A stretch of 47,496 bases of DNA from Methanobacteriota archaeon (GTDB lineage: Archaea; Thermoplasmatota; Poseidoniia; MGIII; CG-Epi1). The first letter of the stretch is position 1, and each line of letters starts with the position of its first letter. This document shows, in pieces, positions 42,078 to 47,496 of this stretch. The stretch covers positions 10,600 through 58,095 of the forward strand of contig JAAZXP010000003.1 of assembly GCA_014240055.1 (NCBI GenBank), read 5' to 3'. Under the pieces are notes generated by a model. It saw only the letters and a program-made list of their open reading frames with translations. It ran no database searches and was not told the DNA's origin. The position numbers and the translations under genes are program-made.

Positions 42078-44549
42078 ATGGCCGAATTCAAAATTAAGGA
42101 AAAACGCTGGACTGTAGATTTAGAGAAAAAGATACAGGAGGAACATTTTTCCAAAGGGCCGAGATATGCCTTTGATTCTAATTCAGGCAAAGAAGTTTTT
42201 GTAATTGATACACCACCTCCCTATCCTTCAGGAACTTGGCACATTGGGGCTGTAGCTCAATATTCAATGATAGATGTTATTGCTCGTAGTCAAAGATTAC
42301 TAGGTAAGGAAGTTTACTTTCCATGGGGTGTAGACCGCAATGGAATTAACATAGAATTCACGGTCGAGAAGAAAACTGGCCGTAAAATGAAAACTTATGA
42401 TCGTGCTGAATTTCTAGAAATCTGCAGAAATGAAATAGAGAAATATACTCAAGAAATGCGAAATATTGCAAAAAGAGTTGGACTTTCTTGTGCTTATGAC
42501 AATGAATATTTGACAGATGCTCCCGATTATAGGGCTGTCACTCAGTCGATATTCATTGATTTATTCAAACGTGGAGATATTGTCGAAGAATTAAGACCAA
42601 ATTTGTATGATCCTGTCGAAGGAACTACTATTGCAGAAGCCGAGGTAGAGCGCTTATCTCGCAAAACTAAATTAGTAGATGTAAGATGGTCAGTAACTGA
42701 TGATTCCAATCATTCTCCAGTGATTATATCTACAACAAGGCCCGAATTAATTTGTGCCTGTGGAATAGTTCTCGTTAACCCTGAAGATTCTAGATATGAA
42801 AAACTTATTGGGAAAACTTTAGACCTGCCTATGAAAACATCAGGCCGTTCTAAAACTGTTGAAATCCGAGCCCATCCTAGTGTGAGCATGGAATTTGGTT
42901 CAGGTGTATTGATGGTATGTTCGTTTGGTGACCAGAATGATGTTTCTGTATTTAGAGAATTAGGTCTCACTCCTTTCCAAGCAATAGATCTGGATGGAAA
43001 TATAACAGAAATTGGAGGTCCGTTAGCTGGTTTATCAGTTTTAGATGCACGAAAACAAGCTATTGAAATGTTAGAAGAAACAGATAGAATTGAAAACATA
43101 GTAGAAAGAGATCAAGAAATTCCAGTTTCTGAACGTGGTAAAAACCCAATTGAAATTATTCTACTGAAAGAATGGTATGTTAGACAAACTCATATCCAAG
43201 ACAGAATCAAAGAATTGTCTGATGAAATTAATTTCGTACCTAAACGAAATAAACAATTTTTGTTAGACTGGATGGATAATATTACAATTGATTGGCCAGT
43301 TAGCAGACGCAGATGGTATCATACCGAAATTCCAATTTGGTATTCACAAGATAGAACCAAAGTAGTAACTCCACCACACGGAACTTACGTTCAGCCATGG
43401 CAAGATGAACCTCCTGCAGATTCGATAGTACTAGATAGGGAAACTCGTAAAGAATTAGGCAATTATTCAGATATAAAGGATGAATTAGGTAATCTAGAAG
43501 GTGAAGAAAAGGTATTTGATACTTGGATGGATTCATCAAATTCTAATTTATATGTTTCTGGATATTTATCAAATCCGGAACTATTTGAAAAGGCATTTCC
43601 AACTGGTATTAGACCGCAAGGTAAGGAAATAGTTCGAACTTGGTTGTATTATACACTTCTTAAATCTACTTTACTTCTAGATAAACCAGGATTCGCAAAT
43701 GTTTGGATTGATGGTCTGGGCATGGATCCTTGGGGTCGAAAGATGTCTAAGTCACTTGGTAATGGTATTGATGCTGGTTCAGTTTTAGAATGTGGAGCTG
43801 GTGGCCGAACAGGTTCTTGGAAAATCAAAGGACCAGAAGGCAAACAAGTTGCATTACAGGCTAAGAAAATAGGTTCGGAATGTTTTAGATTTTGGAAAGC
43901 GGCCGATGCGCAAGTAGGTGATGATTTTCAGATAAATCCGGAACAGATTGAATTAAGATATTTTGGTGTTTTGACGAAGATTTTCAACGTAGGTAGATTT
44001 GCATCTCAATTTGATTTCAAGGGAGATTTAGATATAATGCCAGATAATCTTGAAAATGAAGATAAATGGATTTTAGCAGAATTTTCGGATTTACTTGGAA
44101 AGGCTAAAACAGGATATTCAGATTTAGACATCTATACTGCAGCTCAAGGAATCAAGACTTTTAGCACAGGCGTGTTTGCTTCACATTGGCTTGAAATGGC
44201 TAAAACTAGATTGTACAATGAAGATGCTTCAGCTACTTGGACACTACACCGCATTTTCAGAGATTTATTGTCGATATTATCTCCAGTATGTCCTTTCTTC
44301 ACTCATCATTTATCAACAACATTATATGAGAAATCAGCAGTAGATATAGATATTTTCCCAGAATTACCAATATCTGAAACTGAACAATGGGTAAAGATGA
44401 CTGATTCGTTAGTTGATTTCAATTCTACAGTTTGGAAAGCTAAGAAGGATGATGGAATTTCTTTGGCAGCGCCTATTTCAGGACATAATGTACCAGATGA
44501 CTTAAAGGTGATCGAGAAAGCTTTAATTTTAATGCATAAATTAGAATAA
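42078..44549 (+). CDS. valS: Valine--tRNA ligase (archaeal type)
   Basis: IDTPPPYPSG-x2-HIG, TTRPEL, DW-x-VSR-x-R, VFDTWMDSS, RPQG-x-EI-x-RTW, KMSKS. Confidence 0.96.
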   Translation: MAEFKIKEKRWTVDLEKKIQEEHFSKGPRYAFDSNSGKEVFVIDTPPPYPSGTWHIGAVAQYSMIDVIARSQRLLGKEVYFPWGVDRNGINIEFTVEKKTGRKMKTYDRAEFLEICRNEIEKYTQEMRNIAKRVGLSCAYDNEYLTDAPDYRAVTQSIFIDLFKRGDIVEELRPNLYDPVEGTTIAEAEVERLSRKTKLVDVRWSVTDDSNHSPVIISTTRPELICACGIVLVNPEDSRYEKLIGKTLDLPMKTSGRSKTVEIRAHPSVSMEFGSGVLMVCSFGDQNDVSVFRELGLTPFQAIDLDGNITEIGGPLAGLSVLDARKQAIEMLEETDRIENIVERDQEIPVSERGKNPIEIILLKEWYVRQTHIQDRIKELSDEINFVPKRNKQFLLDWMDNITIDWPVSRRRWYHTEIPIWYSQDRTKVVTPPHGTYVQPWQDEPPADSIVLDRETRKELGNYSDIKDELGNLEGEEKVFDTWMDSSNSNLYVSGYLSNPELFEKAFPTGIRPQGKEIVRTWLYYTLLKSTLLLDKPGFANVWIDGLGMDPWGRKMSKSLGNGIDAGSVLECGAGGRTGSWKIKGPEGKQVALQAKKIGSECFRFWKAADAQVGDDFQINPEQIELRYFGVLTKIFNVGRFASQFDFKGDLDIMPDNLENEDKWILAEFSDLLGKAKTGYSDLDIYTAAQGIKTFSTGVFASHWLEMAKTRLYNEDASATWTLHRIFRDLLSILSPVCPFFTHHLSTTLYEKSAVDIDIFPELPISETEQWVKMTDSLVDFNSTVWKAKKDDGISLAAPISGHNVPDDLKVIEKALILMHKLE

Positions 44550-44594
44550 TTACGTACGAAGGTTTATTAGTTTGAAAGGCATTAGTGTATTTAC

Positions 44595-44699
44595 ATGAGG
44601 CACCCATATGATATTAGACTTGAAGAATTGGAAGCTAGGGTTGCCCGCCTAGAGTCCATCATCAAAAAGTCTTTTAAGAAACGCAAAATTCTAGCTTAA
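44595..44699 (+). CDS. Small coiled-coil basic peptide (34 aa)
   Basis: MRHPYDIRLEELEARVARLESIIKKSFKKRKILA. TTTATTA at 44563-44569 sits at leaderless spacing. Confidence 0.55.
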   Translation: MRHPYDIRLEELEARVARLESIIKKSFKKRKILA

Positions 44700-44748
44700 G
44701 AAAAAAATAGTTACCGACTATAGCCAGTTCCTAGTTATGTAATGTACT

Positions 44749-45615
44749 TTATTCAATATAGTCGACAAACCATTCAGTTTCTGGTTTATGCCAATCTCTT
44801 ATTTGGTCTGTTTCTAGGACAAGTTCAAAATTATATCCATTCTCATCATCTGTAAGCACATGCGTAAAGTTAACGGTTTTACTATTTGTATTGAATGTTT
44901 CATCAAATACTACTTCTTCTGAAACCACACTTCCTCCATTATATGATTTGAGAATAACTCGTAAATGACATTGCTGTATTATGAGCCTCTGAGTACAATC
45001 TTCAGTACTTCCATCGTGAGTAACAGTTGTCTCTCCAACAATTGTTTTTGCTCCATTTTCGATTTTCAAATCAATAGTAGTTTCTTTAGCCGTTGGGGCG
45101 CATGTACATTCCATATTGTCTGATATGACAAACCCATCAAAATTAACTGTGATCATTGTTTGATTGGTAGAACTAACTCCATCCTTTGAAGTTATTTTTA
45201 AAGTGACAATATATTTTCCAGGTTGTTCATAACTGTGACTTCCTTCGACACCCTCGAATTCATTATTATCTCCAAAATTCCAAAGGTATGTTTCAATATC
45301 TCCAATTGAAGAATAAGCATCAAATTGGAAAGTATAATTGTCCCATTCAGCTTCTTGAACTTCATCATTATCTCCATCATCTACTTCTTCCATTGAGTAA
45401 TAATTAGTGCCGAATCGAGTATCAACATTTATTTTTGCCATTACATCTTCTAAAATAATTTCAGGTTCTTTAATATCCTCAATAATTTCTTCATCATCAT
45501 TTTGTAATTCATCTAAGTATTCATCAAACACCCCATCGCTGAAGGCATAAGCTCCCGCTCCACCGACGAAGATTAGGCTGATAAAAATTAGAAGTGTAGT
45601 TTTCTTCACATTCAT
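44749..45615 (-). CDS. Membrane-anchored PKD-domain protein
   Basis: N-terminal TM; FDA-x2-S, Y-x-WNFGD, HSY-x2-PG-x-Y-x-VTL PKD signature; C-terminal domain with four Cys. Confidence 0.85.
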   Translation of the reverse strand: MNVKKTTLLIFISLIFVGGAGAYAFSDGVFDEYLDELQNDDEEIIEDIKEPEIILEDVMAKINVDTRFGTNYYSMEEVDDGDNDEVQEAEWDNYTFQFDAYSSIGDIETYLWNFGDNNEFEGVEGSHSYEQPGKYIVTLKITSKDGVSSTNQTMITVNFDGFVISDNMECTCAPTAKETTIDLKIENGAKTIVGETTVTHDGSTEDCTQRLIIQQCHLRVILKSYNGGSVVSEEVVFDETFNTNSKTVNFTHVLTDDENGYNFELVLETDQIRDWHKPETEWFVDYIE

Positions 45616-45712
45616 TACTTAGAGTGCTAGTAAATAGTAGTTAGCTTAGTGGTTTGTTAGGCAAATCGAATAGATACCGAATAGTTAAGTAAGCATATTT
45701 GCAGTGCACTGT

Positions 45713-46780
45713 ATGTTTGACGCCATAAAGTCTATGCCTGCTAAAGTTTGTTTGAGTCTTTCTTTCCTCATTGGAATAGCATACTCAATAAACTTCATAT
45801 TCTTTTCATCGTGTTCAGTTGTAAACGGTGATGGAGATTGTTTTTCACTAATTCCTAATGGTGCAGATCCCTCTCATGAATCCTACGGAAGAGGTGCGGG
45901 AACTTTGTATGTCGCTGGAGCTCTTATGCTTGGAGCAATTACTGGAAACTTATTAATTCTGAATGAAGGCGCTCGTGGCAAATGGACTATTATGATTCCA
46001 ACTATTGCTGGTTTTACTTCATTGGCAATCGTATTAGCACCACCATTCCAAGGTGGATATGAGGCCGTAAATAATACTCCACTTTTTGCTACAATCGCAG
46101 CTTTAGGATTATACGTAGCCGCATATGTAATGTTGAAAGATGAAGGTGTCGATGAAGGCTTAGCTTTCAATATGGGCATAAAAGTAAACAATGAAGCTAA
46201 ATATGCAATAATAATTTCCTCTGTTATTGGCACACTATACTCAATAAATCATTTCTTTTTCGCAGACGGATATGCGGGTGCTGGAGGTTCAACTCTTATT
46301 CCTGGTTTTGAAGAAGGATCTTATTGGGATGATCCAATTGCTGCAACACCAATCGGTTATCGAGTTTTAGCATCATTCTTTGTTATCTATGTTTCAATGG
46401 GATTAATCTTACTGACCAATGGAGCTAAAGGAAATTGGCCTGCCGCACATGTATTGTTATTTGGAATTACCTTCTTTGCGTTATCAGTTATTATTGGAAA
46501 TATAGCAGTTAACGATCAGATAATACCAGAGGGAGATAATGCTGGAACCTGGGAAGCTGACACAAGCACAAGTGGATCCAATATTGCAGTTAGTGGTTTT
46601 GTTATGTTTTTGAATATCTTTGCATATTATAAAATGAGGGAAGAAGGTGTTGAAGAAGGCATGACTTTCGCAGGTGAAGCTCCTGAAAATAATGATGATT
46701 TCTTTTACAAAATGTATCCGGCAGTAACAGGAGTGTTTCTAGTTCTTCTGTTAATAGCAAATTATGTGACGCAGGTGTAA
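45713..46780 (+). CDS. Multi-TM hypothetical protein with internal duplication
   Basis: Repeat pairs NEGARGKW/TNGAKGNW and AYVMLKDEGVDEGLAF/AYYKMREEGVEEGMTF. ATG 45713 preferred. Confidence 0.8.
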   Translation: MFDAIKSMPAKVCLSLSFLIGIAYSINFIFFSSCSVVNGDGDCFSLIPNGADPSHESYGRGAGTLYVAGALMLGAITGNLLILNEGARGKWTIMIPTIAGFTSLAIVLAPPFQGGYEAVNNTPLFATIAALGLYVAAYVMLKDEGVDEGLAFNMGIKVNNEAKYAIIISSVIGTLYSINHFFFADGYAGAGGSTLIPGFEEGSYWDDPIAATPIGYRVLASFFVIYVSMGLILLTNGAKGNWPAAHVLLFGITFFALSVIIGNIAVNDQIIPEGDNAGTWEADTSTSGSNIAVSGFVMFLNIFAYYKMREEGVEEGMTFAGEAPENNDDFFYKMYPAVTGVFLVLLLIANYVTQV

Positions 46781-46781
46781 A

Positions 46782-47192
46782 ATGGACGCAATCAAACAAT
46801 ACATGAAACCAAAATGGGTGTTGACAGGTGTTGGTATCCTATTCACAATCTTTACGTTGTTGACTTACGCTGAGATTATGAACGCAGCGGAAACGGGATG
46901 GGGTGCTGATAATTACGATGAGAGAGACGTTTTCTACGAGAAAGCGTGGGCAGCTACCTTCTTCCTCGTCGCACTTATTACAATTGTTTCTGGCCAATTT
47001 ATTGAAGGGAGAGCTCAGGCAATTCTTGCAATTACGATTGGAGGTGGCAATATCTTCATTTTCTTACTAACGGTTCTTGCAGCTGGTGATTTGGGGTATG
47101 GTTACACAGATAGTGCTGCTAATTGGGGGCTACCTATGATATGTGCGACTTGTATGTTAGTGTCAGGATTTCTACATTTAGAGGAGGAATAG
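46782..47192 (+). CDS. Four-TM hypothetical membrane protein (paralog 1)
   Basis: 136 aa; CAGGTG upstream; clear paralog follows. Confidence 0.8.
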   Translation: MDAIKQYMKPKWVLTGVGILFTIFTLLTYAEIMNAAETGWGADNYDERDVFYEKAWAATFFLVALITIVSGQFIEGRAQAILAITIGGGNIFIFLLTVLAAGDLGYGYTDSAANWGLPMICATCMLVSGFLHLEEE

Positions 47193-47193
47193 A

Positions 47194-47496
47194 ATGGACG
47201 CAATCAAACAATATATGCAACCAAAATGGTGGTTGATTGTAATAGGAGTTCTCGGATTTATTACAGGCGTAGGAAATTATGCTACAGCTGAAGATTCTGC
47301 TGAAATAGGATGGGGTGATGATTACACGGCCAATGATGTTTTCTATGAAAAAGCATGGGGGCTTAATCAACTTCCTCTCTCTATTGCTGCCCTAGTCTCA
47401 GGATTACTGCTAACTGGAAGGGCACGTTCAATAATGGCAATGACAATTAGTGGAGGTTTTTGGTCTAGTATGGTTGTGTTATATCCTGCAGGAACT
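47194..47496 (+). CDS. Hypothetical membrane protein (paralog 2, partial)
   Basis: MDAIKQYMQPKW...AEIGWG...DVFYEKAWG...GRARSIMAMTISGG matches the preceding gene. GGAGGA upstream. Runs off the window end. Confidence 0.85.
   Translation, partial: MDAIKQYMQPKWWLIVIGVLGFITGVGNYATAEDSAEIGWGDDYTANDVFYEKAWGLNQLPLSIAALVSGLLLTGRARSIMAMTISGGFWSSMVVLYPAGT

Noticed and set aside
42238-42252. HIGA instead of HIGH suggesting inactive ValRS
   Set aside because: Fourth-position variation is tolerated in class I synthetases, and the other motifs and full length are intact.
1-47496. CRISPR array, rRNA, tRNA, IS, integrase or provirus
   Set aside because: No spaced repeats, recognisable RNA genes or mobility genes seen by eye, and intergenic gaps are short. 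No covariance search was run.

Overview
AT-rich archaeal chromosomal segment, most consistent with a planktonic marine Thermoplasmatota (Marine Group II/III-type). This assignment is inferred from the archaeal ribosomal proteins eL19/eL32/eS4, RadA, aIF5B, proteorhodopsin and Thermoplasmata-like SecY/RPA, and was not confirmed by a search. The core is the large uL3-to-uL15/SecY/Adk/DUF106 operon (22.8-38.3 kb, minus strand). Other loci: a GYD + blue-tuned (DTE, Q105) proteorhodopsin unit converging on an operon of three KaiC/RAD55-fold proteins; SSS and OPT transporters; an RPA1-RPA2-RadA operon divergent from ssb; aIF5B; an RHH-fused PIG-L deacetylase / GT4 / ATP-grasp operon; thiolase-SDR; ValRS; and a tandem array of paralogous membrane proteins. 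I saw no rRNA, tRNA, CRISPR or mobile element. Best leads: (1) four unrelated housekeeping proteins (RPA1, aIF1/SUI1, uS17, ValRS) have their usual Cys zinc knuckles replaced, mostly by D-x-x-T/E-type motifs, while uS14 keeps its four Cys; (2) a possibly self-regulated deacetylate-glycosylate-ligate operon, with an acetyltransferase inserted between secY and adk; (3) the rhodopsin/KaiC-triad locus; (4) a uL24-SAP fusion, SecY with two extra TM helices and a structured uL3 leader; (5) several genes missing from the ORF track, two of them apparently starting at CTG or ACG.
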